The notes: generated from the letters alone by a model not told the origin. Numbered from the stretch's first letter, positions 42,740-59,302 are shown. The stretch is 64,000 nt of DNA from Chrysomallon squamiferum (GCA_012295275.1 CM022670.1:12152001-12216000); one strand, 5' to 3'. Program-made: numbers and translations.

Positions 42740-43027
42740 GCTATCACTACTACTACTGCAGCAACTACTAATACTACTAAATTTTAGGATGAAAAAAGGA
42801 AAATGATTGAAAAAAAAAAAAAAAAAAGAAGAAGAAAAAGAAACACAGTCTAATCTCTGCCTCAAAGATTTAAAAAAAAAAAAAAAAAAAAAAAAACAAA
42901 AAAACGTACTCAGAAACAACATCTGCCAAACCCTCCACAAAAACCCCCAAACAAATAACAACAAATAAAATTATAATATAATAACAAAACACACAAACCC
43001 AAACCCACCCACCCACCCACACACACA

Positions 43028-43070
<43 letters not shown>

Positions 43071-46000
43071 CAAACACGCACACAAACTCACGCGCGCACA
43101 CACTGCACACAAATTGTGATATGTGTCTCGTTAGTTCGGTTTCATTATTGGTTCATAAATCAATTTTATTTGTAGAATACAGCACATAGAAAGTATCATT
43201 AAATTTTTTTTTAATAATAATACAAAAATATTTACATAATAGTATGAATTAGTGATCATCTTGAATCGTGCTAAGTGATGACATATGAAACGTACATAGA
43301 TTTTCAGCTGGATGATGCTAATTTACACTGACAAGTTTTGTTTTCTCATAATTAAATTATAACTCTAGATACTTCTGCTGAGATAATTAGCTGTTTTGTG
43401 TGATCAGTGTCTTACAATATGAATAATAAAAATATTTTACAAAAAAAGAATTTCGAATAATTCGACACAAACAAACAAAGCACAAAGTACATCCCTCTAG
43501 TTAAAATGATTAATAATTAAAAAAAATAAGTAAAAGAAAAAACAAAAACAAACCCAGAAAGTAAAAGATCACAAAGTTAAAATAAAAAAAATATATATTA
43601 GAGCATATATTTTAATAATTATAAATGCTACATGACACTTTTCTCTATTTTATTTTGTTTTATTACTTTTTAGCTAATTGTTTATTTAATCATTCATTCA
43701 TTTTAAACATTTTGCTATTCTCCCGTTCCAAAAATCACGCAGATGTTTGTTCCATACATTACGTAGCACTGACGTAATCGCTTTAAGGAGACCATGGTTA
43801 CTTTAACGATTATTTTCCTTACACACAAAACACCAGTCAAACGATTCGTTCAAACGGCAGGAAACCGTACATAATTTCATTAGATTTGTTTAATGTAAAA
43901 GTTACTCTATTTTTAGAATCATTTTTTTTTTCCTTTAAAAAAAAAGAAAAAAATATTTAAAAAGAAGAAAATTTAAAAAATTTCTTTTTATCAGTCTACC
44001 TCGTTTCTGAATGTAGCTGTCCTTTGTAACGTTGGTCACATCTGCTAGAAGTTTTTTCTTCATTATCTTCTCTAACCTGTTGAAATTGAAATTAAAGTGC
44101 TGTTTTGCTGAAGAACATAGTTGACTAGGTCGATGCACCTTTGCTTAAAAATAATGTCAATTAGTGACAGACGCCATCTGGGTTTCGCTCAGTCAAAGAA
44201 AAACTGCGACTGACGTTGCCTTTCAAATTCTGTTTTACTACGTGACATCGGATTATCATTCATCACCTTTTCGCACTTTTCAAGATGGCTGTCGATTTGG
44301 TTTTTCTGTTTGCTTCGTTCGTTCGTCTTCTTTTGGGCATCATTTTGTTAAAATGTGTTAAGCTGTCGATTTAAATAGTTCAAATACATTTTACATGCGT
44401 CGTTTTAGTTTTCTTATTGATCATTGTTGTGGTGATAGATATAATCTTTTTTTAATATCTAATTATTATTACTTTTTTCTTGTTTTTTAAATGAACAGGT
44501 CTTTAAATTAACCAATAGCCTATATATGTGTGTGTGTACGTGCGTGTGGGTGTATGTGTGTGAGTGTCTGTGCGAGTGTGTGTGCTTGTGTGTGTGTGTG
44601 TGTATGTGTGTTCTTGTGTGTAATGTTATTGTGCATCAGCAAATGATTAGTTTGGTCAGTATACCTGTGTGATTTACTAATGACATCAACAAATTTGATA
44701 AAACAAAAATTAGTTTTAACATTACAGAGTACAAAGAAAATAAAACTTAGTTAAACTGATCATTCTAAAATTACCCCACCCCACAATCAAAAACGAACAA
44801 TCAAAGCCTCAACAAACAAAAAAACAAAAAAAAAATTAAAATTAAAATTAAAAAAAAATAAAAGAAAAAGAGAAAAACAAGAAAATAAACAGATTAAACA
44901 TTAATAAAAAATATTCTTTACGTAAAAAAACAACAAACGAATCAAAAGGTCAACTCGTACAAAAAAACCCAAACACATAAAACTATAAAGAAAGAAAACA
45001 ACACAAACAAAGGAACAAAGGAACAAACACTGTATGTTACAAATTATTATTTGCAGGTTTACGACGACTTCAGTACATCTACAACACCTTGAAAGACAAT
45101 CATCTAACAGTGGACATGGGATTTCGACGAATCGACGACATCAACGACGCACACGACGATCTACGACGGTTGGACAGAAACCACCCGAACCCTTGGAAAA
45201 ACGTCATCATAGACTTGTCTTCACAAGACGCCTACAAACAGATACTGAAACAGGTGACGATTTCGTTCATTCATGTTTGAAACGTCTGTCCTAGTGGACA
45301 GAGTATAGAATAATATAATTTAAACTGCATCTGAGAAAGTTTCGTATTAACAAAACAATCTCTACACAGAGTATAGAATTCAGATACCGGACCAATTATC
45401 CGGACTCCTTGGGGCCTGAGGCATTCAGGATTTCTGGATTTTCCGGTTTTCTGGTACCAAGGCATCTACATAGGTAACTAATTTAACATAAACATTTTAA
45501 AATTAAGAACATAAATAAAATTGACGATACACAACCGTGGCGACCCGACACATAAACAATGCGGCGAGTGAATGAACGCCACGCGGCTTGAAAGAGTAGT
45601 TCCGGTCTGGTGAGGACAACACCCGCGCGCGCAAAGTATGAAAATAGCGTAGGGAAAAAACTTCAGGTTTTCTGGATTTTCGGATTTCAGGTCGATGGAT
45701 AATTGGTCCGATACCTGTAATATAATTTAAACTTTATCTGAGAAAGTTTTAACAGAACAGTCTCTGTACAAAGCATAGAATAGTATATCGTAAACGTTAT
45801 CTGAGAATGTCTCGTATTAAGAGAACAATTTCTGTACAGAGTATAGAATAATATAATTTACTCTTTATCTGAGAAAGTTTCGTATAAACAGAACAGTTTC
45901 TGTATACAGTATAGAATAATTTAACGTAAACTAAACTTTATCTGAGAAAGTTTCGTATTAAGAGAGCAATCTCTGTACGAAAAGAGTATAGAATAATTTA

Positions 46001-49000
46001 ACTAAACTTTATCTGAGACAGTTTCGTATTAACAGAACAATCTGCACAGAGTATAGAATAATATAACGTAAACTTTGTCTGAGAAAGTTTCGTATACAGT
46101 ATAGAATAATTTAACGTAAACTAAACTTTATCTGAGAAAGTTTCGTATTAAGAGAGCAATCTCTGTACAGAGTAGAGAATAATAAACTAAACTATATTCA
46201 GTACAAATTTATATGCTTTAATTTAAATTATCTTGAGAATGTTTTATATGCAAACATAACATTCAATGATTTGCTGTTGTTACTGAATGTACAATGAGTT
46301 TTACATTTACTTTCTTCCAAAGACTTATCAGGATGATTTAAGTATGTTATTAGGTTTGTCAGAAAAAAGACTGCTAGTACGGTTATGGTAGTCGGTTAAA
46401 CGTACACCCACTCTCATCGTCTTTCTTATCTGTATTAACGTTTACTTTCTACGTCTTCTTCTTTGTTAACTATTCTTTCATATTTTCTCTTACAAATTCA
46501 ATCAGTTCTTTTCACGTTTCCTTAAAATACATTTGCAAAGTTTGTATCTGGGTTCATTTTCTTCTGATTATACTTATGTTTGGAGACGTATGTTTAAAAT
46601 TGGACCTATATTCAATGTTAATTTAATTTCTTAGAAAACTACGTAATGCATCTTTTTTTCACATGAATGGAATTTTGTCAGTAAGTTTGTATAGCACACA
46701 ATGCGTTATAATTTCACAAGAAGACAAGACGTTCTGAATATTTTTCATCAAGATATATTTATAAAGGATAATTTAAAAATTGATTTTTGAAACCCAAAGT
46801 TGCTGTGGAAAGGTGGAATGGTGCCGTGGTTTAGAATCTCTAGAAATGTTTCTTGTAGCTATTGAAAATATAGTAAGACCCAGACCAGAAATAAAAGATA
46901 CTGAAGAAATCGTAGAAATTCTGTATACTTATCATAGCCAGTGATAATAATAATACATAAAAAATAAAATAAAATAAAATAAAAAGTAAAAAGTGGATAA
47001 GAACGTCTATAACGAAAAAAAAGTGAAAAAGAAATCAAGAAAATTATTTAAAATTATTTAAAAGTTACTAAAATAACAAACATCTAAAACAAAAACAAGA
47101 TAAGAGAAACAAAAGGACAGCATTTAAAAAGACGATGTAAATGAACTTAATAAATATATAAATTTTAATGAAATGAAGACAAAGGCGAAACAAACACACA
47201 TTTATTTTTTATTTTTTTAAGTTATAGTCTTAGACGTGAAACAACAGCTTTTCGTTCATTATATATATATATATATTTAGAAAACAAATAACCCTGATAT
47301 TTTGTCCTTTCCAAGCTTCATGTAATTTGATTGATTAATTCTCAAGTTTTTTCTGGCTTGACATTTAAAAAATAAACAATTAACGTTTTCCTTTGACATT
47401 AAAAAAGATTTGTGGGCAGGACGCAGTAATTTAATTTACACAGTTTACGAGTTTACTGGGCTCTTCTAACACGTTTGTAGTGTGCATGTGGAAAATGTAA
47501 ACCGCTGATCACATCAAATTAACATAATCAAACTGACCATTTTTTAAAAATCTTTTTAAAATTCTTGTACTTCTGCTGAAATCAGTTCGTAACAGGTCAA
47601 TAAAATAATAAAATATGTATTCAAAATTTTATAGACTGTTCAAGAAAGCCATATTTCATAATTTCACACGATTCGCCTCGAGTTTTTCATAAAAAATCAT
47701 TAGAAAAGAAATGTTTATATACATATATATTAAAAAAAGAAAACAATTGTGAGACTTAGTTAATATTTACACTTCTGAAGCCTTCACAGAGTTTTAATTT
47801 GAGATCATCTGTAGTATATGTCATCCTCAAAGTGATTAGGTTTGAAAACCTGTCTATGTAGTAATTATAATGAAGACAAATTAATTTTCCCAGCTGGCGC
47901 CTACGACAAACTCTATCGAAACTCAAGTACATTATTTTATGTTTATGCATTTAAAAGATTACTATTAGTTTGTGCTGACAAGGACGTTGATTCCTGCTTT
48001 GATTTCATCATCTAGAAAGAAAACTCATTTGATGACATTTAATACCAACCGATATTAAATCAAACACAGATGTCTATATCGCAAATGATGATGAACCGAT
48101 TTCGCTCAAAAATGTACTTTTGTTATCTCCACCGTTGACTGTACAAGAAACTAAGGTAAAAGACAAAAATACAAAAAAACAAACAAAACAACAACAACAA
48201 AAAAAAAAAACCACGTAATGATTATGATAATAGGAAGCAGGAAAGGGGAAAAAAAATAAATGTTCCTCAACAGAGACCGTTTAAAATTTAAAGTCTTAAG
48301 AAATTACCTGTAATCGATATAGCTTCATCGCGGATATCTGGGCATTTTTAAATACGTTACAAAACAGAACTTTGTATGTCACGTTTTGTCCACACCTCAA
48401 TGATAGACCTACTTGTACTTATAAAGAAATCGAATTTTCTAAGGTATGAGACTAAATGTATTATATGTGTCAACTCTCCCAGACCAGTATACGTCCAGTA
48501 ATCCCCAAACCTATTGCCAAACCGACAAGAAAAACAACAAAAAAACAACAACAAAAAAACAACAACCAACCAACCAACCAACACCCGAACTAAGTATCTA
48601 CGCTTTTTGAGAAACAAACGACAGATATCAAAGAACATTATCATCTTAAGGCCGGAACAGCTGGAACAGTTTAACAAAGACGAATATACATCTCCTGTGT
48701 CCGCCATGGGACCGAGGCCTGACACATTAAAAGTTTAATGTCTGGCGAGGGATTTGAATGAAGATGAGACAAATTATAAATAGATTAACAGACTAACACG
48801 TCACCTGTGAACAAAGTAATAACGGACATTACTTTCTGAGGTCTTCTGAGGCTTCTGTGACGGTGAAGGTTACACTCTCTGGAATTAGGTGTCCAGGTAC
48901 AGGTTCAGAGAGTTAAGGTTACTTTTGTTTCGACTTCATTAGTAGACTGAAACGTTTCCTGCCACCGACTGCTGTGTGCAGTAAATGTATTTAATAAAAA

Positions 49001-52000
49001 CCCTAGAGCTCGCTGATAAATATTTGTTTAATAATTCCACTAGAACTCAAGACTTAATGTTATACCTTCGGCTTTTTGGATGTTTAAGCACGTTTAATAA
49101 TACTAGGTTACACAGATAGTATGCTGTCAAAGCTTGTTGGATTTGAAACACTGTCCACGTTATTAAATAAATGTAGGGATTTTTTTTTTTTTTGTGCTTA
49201 CTACAGACAGACAGTGGTTTTATAGAACAAATGTAACAAAATGAACCACAGGTGTGGATGAATCCTAGATTGCCCGTACATCAGGCAAATAACCTTCTTC
49301 TACAGAATCGTGATATATATGTTTTTTTAATCAAGGATTTCACAATGACAGGTTGTTTATCTCGTTTCTTTTTCTTCTCAGTTTTCATTGTTAAGAATTT
49401 TTTTTTAGAGAGTTTAAGTCTAATAAGAAAAAAATTATAATTACAATTTGACATTCCTGTTTTCTGTATATCGTTTAGAACAACATCAGTATCATCATGT
49501 TGATAAAAGGAAAGAAAAAAGATCATTAATAATGCAAAGAAAAAGCATATAATTATGAATTATCTAAAAAAGAGAATTATTATAGTTATCTGAGGATTAT
49601 ATCAGAATAAAGATCATGACATATTGGCCTGAATACAAGAAAAGATACGCACTTTCTGTCAAATAACCAAAGCTGTGGAGAAAATTGAATTTGTTAAAAA
49701 GAACTGACAAACGTCTGTTTATAAATAAGTAAAGAGGTCTAGATGAAAGCCGCAGAGAATTGCTTGTCGTGAGCGGCTCTTTTTATTTTTATTTTTTTTA
49801 ATTATTACAAAGAAAATTCTTTTGAAAAGGATGCACCATCTGACAATCGCATCGACTTCAGGTGTCCTACTTTATAATTATTTTTTCCTGTTATTCGTGA
49901 TTGATGTTGCTGTTGTGACTGATGGTAGTAGTCCTGTTTTCGAATTTTGTTATCTGTTTTATATAGAAAGACATTTACATAGCAGAAGTTCTGTTAGCAA
50001 ACTAATCAGGAACTTTGAACATTTGATAGAAAAAGGAAATACAAGTAATCCTTAAAATGACGACGACAACAACAACAACAAGAGTTCTGTTACTCGCTTC
50101 TCTCCTTTTTTTTATACTAAAATGTGTGAATCGTCTGATATTTGTTACTGTTTTACATATTCAATGTTAAACTGGATCTTATATAAAATATTTTTCTGTA
50201 CAGATAACATTAACGTTGTTAGTTGTTACTGTGGGGTTTTAAAAAACATAGCTTTAGATATAGATCGGATAGATTAGAATAGTGTTTTTCAATACATATA
50301 TATATAGATATATTTGTTGTTGTTATTGTTGTTGTAAATATTTAATCTTCAATAGTGTATGTCATTCAGTCTCGTGGTAAAAAAAATAATTTGTTTAGCT
50401 AAACAACACTTTAGAACATATTGGCTATTTTTCTATCATTGGCTATTGGTAAGTTGGTCTTTCTGAGATTCCAGATGATCTTTGTATTGTGAAACACTAT
50501 CACACTGATTTAGTTTATATCACATGGCATTGAATGTTACAAATCTGGTAATTCAGATTATCCAGTTTTCAGTTACAGTTACTTCTTTAACGATTACACA
50601 GTATGCTGATCACGTTTCTATCATCGATATCGACACTGACAATGATAGTGAATTTATTTTGATTAACTGTAGCATTACAGTAAAGAGAAGAATACAGTAC
50701 AAGTGTATCAGAACATATTAAAATTAAAATTCACAAGCGTGGAAGTTTAATAGGTATATTTATCGATACATTTATTTGTTTATGGTAACTGTACTAATCA
50801 TGTTTCTATCATCAGTGTGTGTGTGTTATCGATACATTTATTTATTCAGTGATCATAGAGTATAATGATTACGTTTCTGTCGCAGATGTGTCTGTGTGAT
50901 ATTGATATACACAGACATAGGTATCATTAACGCACTAAGACGTTTGGCACATGTCGTAAAGTGCTGGCTTGAACATAAAATAATCCAGCCAGATCATCTT
51001 GGTGGATCGATTCCACATAAAAACGTATCCATCAGTATTTGCTAGAACTGGATTTTGTGCAAGCTTTAAAAAACCTTCGAAATCTTGACCATTAGAAATT
51101 ACATTTTTCTCATGTAGTTTTTTTTTTTTTTATAATTTATTTTTTAACCGTGTGAATCAGAAATTCTATTTTGTATGTTTCAAAACTAAGTTCAGGAACA
51201 TTCGATATCCATTAATATGAAGTCATATAATTTAAAAGTTATGGTGGTTGATGTTTGTACAAGTACAATGCATTGATTTCTGTGTGGTAAGTCAAGATGA
51301 ATCCAAACAAGCTGAGAAGACCATACATAACCATTTCAAGAAAGTTCTGTCTTGTTTTTTTCTTTAGTAACATATGTTAACATTTCTGCAGGTCTTCTTC
51401 TTTACCGACTTTTTTTTCTACTAGTTAGTTTCGTCTTCCGTATTTGCTGTATTTACTAAGGATTTCTGTCAAAAAAAAAAAAAAAAAAAAAAAAGTTAAC
51501 GTTATTTAGTGACTCTAACCACGAAAATGAGTCATACTGATATTAAACTTATGTGCTTCAATCATTTATACCTTTCAAAATGAAATAATTTTATACTTAT
51601 GGTAAGAAATATGTGTATATATATATCTTTACAATAAAATTGTCAGTAATTTTAGAATCAACGACACATTCTGTTAAATTTGGTACTGTATATAAAAATA
51701 GAAAATTGTTAAGCCTGTAAATATAGAAATTTCAAGCGACGTGTTAGTTCGACATATTTTGACAGATAGGGTCACTAAAATTTACAGTGGCTTTCACTTT
51801 ATAAAGAAGCTAGACAGTTGTCATTAGAAGTACGATATATTTTGTTCTGAAATTGAACAGATTCGTTTAAAAAATGATTTTATTCCAGAGAGACAGAGGC
51901 AACACAATAGAAATGCTCTTTTGTATTATGTGTATGATTGCAGTTTTATCTTAGATCATAATTTATATACTCGAATGATTTTCTTTGACACAGACTTTCA

Positions 52001-52681
52001 TAATGTGATATATTATTATATACATTCGTATTTAGTTTTTGTGGAAATATGTATGTGTGTGATGTAAGACATACTACTGGTATTTAAAAACAGTCGTTAC
52101 TTACATCTGACAAAACATACATATAAAAACGCATGCATGGATACGTATAAACATACACACACGTATGTAATATAATATAATATAATATATGTGTGTATTC
52201 ATACATACATACATACATACATACATATTCACACATACATAATGTAGTGTATAATAAATTATACCATATTTTCAGCATTTATATTTTATATGCTTTTTAT
52301 AAAATAATTTTGTCAGAAATGCATGTGAATGTCTGACATTTAATCAACTCTTTTCTTTCTTACATTTTTTCTTCTGTTTTTCATAACCTTTGATCTACTT
52401 CACTGTTAGTTTCTCATTTGTATAGCGTCCTTTTTATCGACTGATTCTTTTCTTCGTTCCTTACTTTTTTGTTTATTTTCTTTTTCTCTTTTCTTTCGTT
52501 CTCTCTTTTCTCTCTAAAATTTTATTAGATTTTTTTTTTAGACTTGTCAACATTATTTCAGTGATAAAGTTATTTATGTATGTTCTTTGCAGTCTTCATT
52601 TTCGTTTATGGATTTTTTTTTTTCTTTTCGTTTTTGTTTCCTTTTGTTCACTTCCTTTTGTTTCTTTTCAAGACAAAACCA

Positions 52682-52748
<67 letters not shown>

Positions 52749-55209
52749 GTCCACATTATTCCACACACACAAAAAAAAAGAGCTGAGTTTGTTTTCGATT
52801 TGTTTGTCTTCTTTCTACCTGCTAAGATAAACGTATGCTAATTCGCTGAATGTGTTTTGAAAACAAACATCCACGCTTCAGACATGAAGCCACTCTGACA
52901 TTTTGCAACCGAATAAAATCTTTCTCTTTTTTTCGCTAAATGAATGCTTTTATAAGACTGTCAACTTGCGAAAGAAAAAGAAACAGAAAGAACTAGAAAA
53001 AATAAATAATATATTGTTACGGACTGTATCATTATAACAAGTATAGATTTTTTTGTTTTTTCTGTCGATGAGTGAAACAGCCATCAACAAGTCTGACATG
53101 GTTTAATTTAATTTTCTGCGTTACCTAGTTTGTCTTACTGTCCGTGTTTCTCACGTCTGTGGGTCTGTATGGTCTGAAATATTAAACTGTTTATTGTCTT
53201 GAACGTAAAGTTCCGAAATATATTACAAAGTTCAAAGAATAATAAATTTGTCATATAGACCAGATTAATGCAATCGTTTTCATTAATTAAATACCAAAGT
53301 TTAATAATAAAGTAAAAAATTTGAAATAAATTAGTAATTGTATTCACATAGTCAAGCCATCTGTGAATCAAATTATTTCGTTCAATGAATGCAAAGGAAA
53401 AAAAAATAAAATAAAGTAGCATAAAATGAAAATAAAAAGAGAAAAAAAGGTAATTAATGCAATTTCATTAAAGAACATGGGTTCTATTCAAGTTCCCCTA
53501 TGTCACTCGACTACCACATCATTAAAGCTGATAAACTGCTATAAATTAACTACACGAAAAAAATGCTGCTGATTCTTCACACTGCTTTAACCATAAATTC
53601 AAGAAGACTGTCTCTTTCTATCTCCATCGCTCTCTCTATCTCTGTCTCCTTTTCTCCTTTATTTCGTTCAAAAAAAGAAAAAAAAAGTTTTGAAAACTCA
53701 TATTTCTCGAGCTGACATTAATATCTCCGCAGCGCCAGTAGTTAAACGCTCAGAGAGATGAGCAAAAGCTTGGCTAATTAGAGATCTAATTCAATATGTG
53801 TCATGTACCATGGCCATGGAATAACATTTAGTATTACACTGCCGCAGAGACTGGAGGGTGAGAGGCCTCGATCCGTGTAACTTATTGATTCTTGCACCAC
53901 AGCCTGGAGACGAGAATCTATTTGGGATATTCTTCTTCTAATAATAAGCACCGCTTGAAGAGATTTCGCGTTTACACATGGCAACTCCTCAAGCACGGAA
54001 CATGGCCAAACAAGACAAAATTGGCCTGTCTGAACACCACCGATATCTTTTTTGATTCTATTCGTATTTTTTTTATTTTTTTTTTTTTTTTTTTCAGATA
54101 CCAGAAGTGGGCATGAATCGATACGGCTACAACTATTTATTGTGTACGCTTGTAAGTAACAATGACACCTGACTGTTTTCAATAAAGAACCGAATAATTG
54201 AATAAGTGATAACTGTAGTTAAAGACTGAAAGAATGTGTGTTTAAGGACACGTGAACTCATTTTAATATTAAAAATTGTTAGTACTGATAACACAAGACA
54301 AGAAAAATGTTATTATCTAAACTTTTGCAATTCTTGACGAAGAGCAGCAAGTTATATTTGATTAAGATTTTCTCAATGGAAGAAAAGATGTACCTTTGTT
54401 TTGCATAAACAAGACGTGGGCACGCGGGGAGACATGGCACTAGCAATAAACAGTATATATACACACAGACACACACACACACACACACACACACACAACA
54501 CAGTATTGCTTAGAACGATAAAGGTCAAATCATTTGGATCAATCTATCAACCTCTTATTGCTCACGGAAAATCAAATTTTAATCACTTCTGAAATTGCTA
54601 ACAAGATCATAACAGTAAAACAGTTTAGTTCGTACTTGTTTAGATTATAAATACATCATAGACTGACATCGTAGAGTAGTAAACATATGGGGAAGCATTT
54701 CTGAATTGCTTCCTTTAAAAAGTCATAGAACTAGGCCTGCAAAAATAACAATGTTTTCCTACGAAAAGTGACTGAGTGGTTCATCTAGACTGCAAGACTT
54801 ACATTACATTTACATCAAGATATATTATTATTTGTAATTATATATTTTATCTTAGCCCGAGAGCTATAAAGGTCGGCATTACATATAATAATACTTCGAC
54901 TATATTGCCCTTTATATACTAATTGTATGCACATTTATATAACAACAGTATATAAGTGATAATAATGCTATTTACATTTTATTTCAGGACATACTAAGTC
55001 TAAATCTGACCAGATTTCAGCATGGTGGTGTGAACGTGACGGGTTTTCAGCTAGTTAATCATAGCAGTGTGATTATGAAACGTTTCTTACCAGAGTGGGA
55101 GAATCTCGAGTCGAGTGTGTGGCCTGGTGCGGGCGTTAATTTCATGCAGGTAATTAATTAACTGTAGAGGATTATAACGAAAAAGAGACAGAATGAGAGA
55201 TAGACAAGG

Positions 55210-55300
<91 letters not shown>

Positions 55301-58300
55301 GGGTATATGTGCGACTAAATGATTGTTTTTAAGGCACAGCTAACTCGAAAACGACCAATGTAAAGAATAAAGCCAAAATTATTGTTAAATGAGTATACTA
55401 GCCGGAATAGTTGCCAAGCGTTCTGTTGTCAAAGATTAGTCAAAAAAAGGATATAGACCTGTCTTTGGAAGAGAACCAGCGATATCCATCCAAATGTCCA
55501 TCTGAGCTGTTCTTTGCCAGAGACTACTCGAGCTAACATGATACGTGCTGTCCTGTATTAAACCAATACTTATTTCTTTCTGTGCAGGTAGACGCAGCTC
55601 TTGCTATAGACGCAGTGGAGACGATTCGCCGAGCTCTAGAAGACATGCTAGACAGAGACAAACTCGTTTTTCAACACACATTCAGACGTGGATCTATATA
55701 CAACCAGAACCAAACACTGGGAATACCGTGTACTACCAGACCCGTCCTACCCTGGATGCATGGAAAAGCATTATACAGAGCTTTGAAAAGGGTGAGTGTT
55801 TGTGTGTAATAAATACACTGGGACTGGTGTGAAATTAACTGTAGTATTCTGATTGGACAAAGTTCGATTGGACGCATTACCATATATTACCACTAGCTTA
55901 TGTTTCTGTTTTTGTCTGTCTCTCTGACTTGCTGACCCATAAGTTCAACGACGTATTTAGATTATCGCCTCTTTGCCCCTCTTGTCTAATTCGCTGCTTA
56001 TTTTCCGAGACAATTGGACTGAATCATGTTTTGAGTTTCTTCTGCATGAAAATGAAAGCCATTTTAATCCTTCTCTATCAAGCATAGGTAAAAAATAAAA
56101 TAAAATAAAATAAATAATAAAAAAAACCTTTATTTTTTTTACACGACACAATAAATAACATGTCAAAACGTAATTCGGAAGTAAACCATGTTATCAAAAA
56201 CTCTGTTTATTTTTCTGACATTAAAGTAACGAAGTAAGTGCGGACTTTCTTTTCAATAACCGCTCTGAAAATAGCGATCATCCGCAATAAATAACTTCAA
56301 ATATCTCCCGTAAAACTGCTATTGATTTGCGAGAAACACGAAAATTATTTTAGAAAGTTTGTCGTGAGGTAAATTATACCGTGCACACGAAACTGGGATA
56401 AAGTCATTGCGACGAATGATATTCTGTAATTACGTCGAGATCTTTGCCACGGTTTGTGTTTGTTATCGATCAAACAGCCACTGATCGCCGAATCCAAACG
56501 TCTTTATCTCGTCGAGTTTTTCCTCTTAATAGAGCGAGCATTTTGCTCACACTTTCTCCAATTATGGACCTGACACGTGGATAAAATCATACTTTCTCTA
56601 TTAATATGCTTCGACCGTCTCGATGTGGCAGTCCTCCCAGTACTGAACGATGTGTAAATGACATGATTATGCGCTGTGTCAGAATCGGCTGCTCGGGAAA
56701 ACCTGCAGTTGACATGTTCGCGATAATTATGTACTTGATTGAATTCTAAGAACAAAGTCACCATCCAGCCTGCGTGGGTGCTTTTCGTATGCTGGTTCAA
56801 GCGCTAAATGTTTAAAAAAATAAAATAAATAAGAGGGTCAGTAACCAGCATCCAGTTTGTCTTGGTAACATGTGGAGTTTTTACTTTTGTTCAGATGTTA
56901 ATTTTTTTAGTAAGAAATATGCTGTAAATATAGATGTTAAACCAGTGGTCTTTGCACAGTTAAAAAGAGTGGATAAACGAATGAGTGAATGAATGGAATG
57001 AATCAAGTCTGTGAATGTAATGAATCAAGTGTGTGAATGAAATGAATCAAGTGTGTGAATGAAAACAGACTGGATTAATGCAATATGTTAGTTTAAAGAT
57101 ATTCTCAGTATATTTCAGTATTAAATGATTAATAGCTGTTATGTGTATAAATCTTTTTCATAATGATGGTTTTGATAGAGGAAGTCTATCGCTATGCTTT
57201 TGTCTCATCATTTTGATAGGCAGCAAAAGGTTTTTGATCCTCATTTTATCATAGACATTCCTTACCATGGTCTTTATTCACAAACTGAATTTATTTATAA
57301 ACTGAATGAACCTTTTAATAATAAATACAATATTCGGGCGACAACAAACTGTATGTCATGGTTTCAGGGAAACCATATTTAAAGTACTGATTATAAAAAG
57401 ATCAAACGAATTCCTCAAAAAAGAATGCTTTCACTGAAATCGAATTAATGGTATTTGAATTGTATCTCACTGTTCTGTTATTGTGTTATCTTGTAATACC
57501 CATGAAAAAATCTTATCAGATAAAAATACAAATCAGGATATTATCGACAATATGTTATCGAAGTTGTTACATAAAGTTAAACTCGAGTTAGGAACAATAG
57601 TTTTTTTTTATAAAATCGCTCTAAGCTGTAAAAAAAAGACACACAGTTAACTGCTGTTACTAATCTATAAAAACAGCCTGTGGAGACAGCAGCAGGTTTC
57701 AGCTCTCACAGAAACCTTACAGAGATGAGATAACACTTAGCGTCTTTCAGATTCTTTTGAAATGCACGACAGGAGGTATTTCTGAAAGAAAAACCTTGAA
57801 CTCGTATCTCTGTCTCTGTAGCCTTATTTTTTTTTTTAACATTATCCACTTCATACTGTTACAGAAAGACACCGAGAATAAAAAAAATATTTAAAAAAAC
57901 TATTGTCGAGGAGTGTTTAAATCAAACAATACACATTCATTTCAAAAAAATGTTTTATGAACTATTCCTCCACGACTTATAAGAACGAAATCTTTAAGAT
58001 GTCACCTTCAGTAATCACTCTAAGCTGAACTGCACATTTCTATGCTCGCCTGATGTCGCTCAAACACTAACTAATACTTTATGTGGAGCCAACGAAGCTG
58101 GATATTCCTCTGTCACAGACACATGTCACATTTTGCATGGAGAAATGTATGGACGGGATTAACGGACGGCCGGACTGTCTTCATTAATTTGTCAAGCTAT
58201 ATTTCACTACTGCTAGGCAGATAATATCATAATGGATCTGAGAAAGCTTGCTAGCATCATGCCAAGAATTTTCAATATTCACTTTTCGTAAATAAAGCTG

Positions 58301-59302
58301 CATGTGGCAGTTAAATGTTAATAGAAAATTCTGTTTAAATCCTCTAATGAAAACAATAATAACAAAAAAAAAAATACAAATAGAGAAAACAAAGAACGAA
58401 AAAATATTACAATACCAAAATACAAATACAAAAAAATAAATAAATAAATAAATAAATTAAATAAATTAAAATTAGAATAAAAATAAAAATCGAATAGAAA
58501 TTAAGTATTCCATATTGTGATGTTAATGTGGTGATGATGATAATAATAATAAAAATGAACGATGTCTTTTCGATTTTTGTTACCGTAAAGAAAGAAATGC
58601 TATATCCTCGTAAAATAGAACATTTAAAAAATGTATTATTAAAAATAAACAGAAGAAAAAATAAAGAAAATACAATAACAAAATGTATTGAAATACAAAT
58701 TACAAATTAAAAAAGAAACGAGAAATAACAATGAAAAATTGAAATTAAAAAAAAAAAAACAATTAAAAAAAGATATCAAAGAACACAATAATCAAAACCA
58801 TTTTTTTTATTCATTGATACCTACGCATGATGTTGACATGAACAGATGTTGTCGTGTAGAAACTATCATCATCTTGCCTAGATCATTAAACGTCAAGGTC
58901 GCCTAGTTGTTATTTGTACTTCGCGGATTTGCTCATATCCCAAACAGGAAGCAGCTGAACTGCGCGCTGACATTTCTTCCTCCAGCAAATAAAAGTTAAT
59001 TGCTGGGATTGTCGTTCTTAATGTTTTTTTATATTTTATTGTATATTAAAATAAAATATAATACTAATATATTATTATTATTATTATTATAAATATTGTT
59101 ATATTATTGTTATTGTTATTTTTATTGTTACTGTTGTTGTTACTAACGTATTTATGTTATTTATATATTTTAATTTGTATTTTAGTATGATTCATTTATT
59201 TTCTACATCTCATAGATTGCCAGTGTGCTTTTATTCTTCTTTTTAAAATAAAAATTGAACCAAAAATATAAAAGCTTATGGTTATAATAATAATAGTAAT
59301 AA

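Noticed and set aside
53720-53960. Possible extra GluR exon or SINE remnant upstream of exon 5 (similar weak SINE-like bits near 9200, 35490, 49250, 50950)
   Set aside because: Exons 4 and 5 already join in frame without it, and the similarity to tRNA-SINE heads is too degenerate to call by eye.
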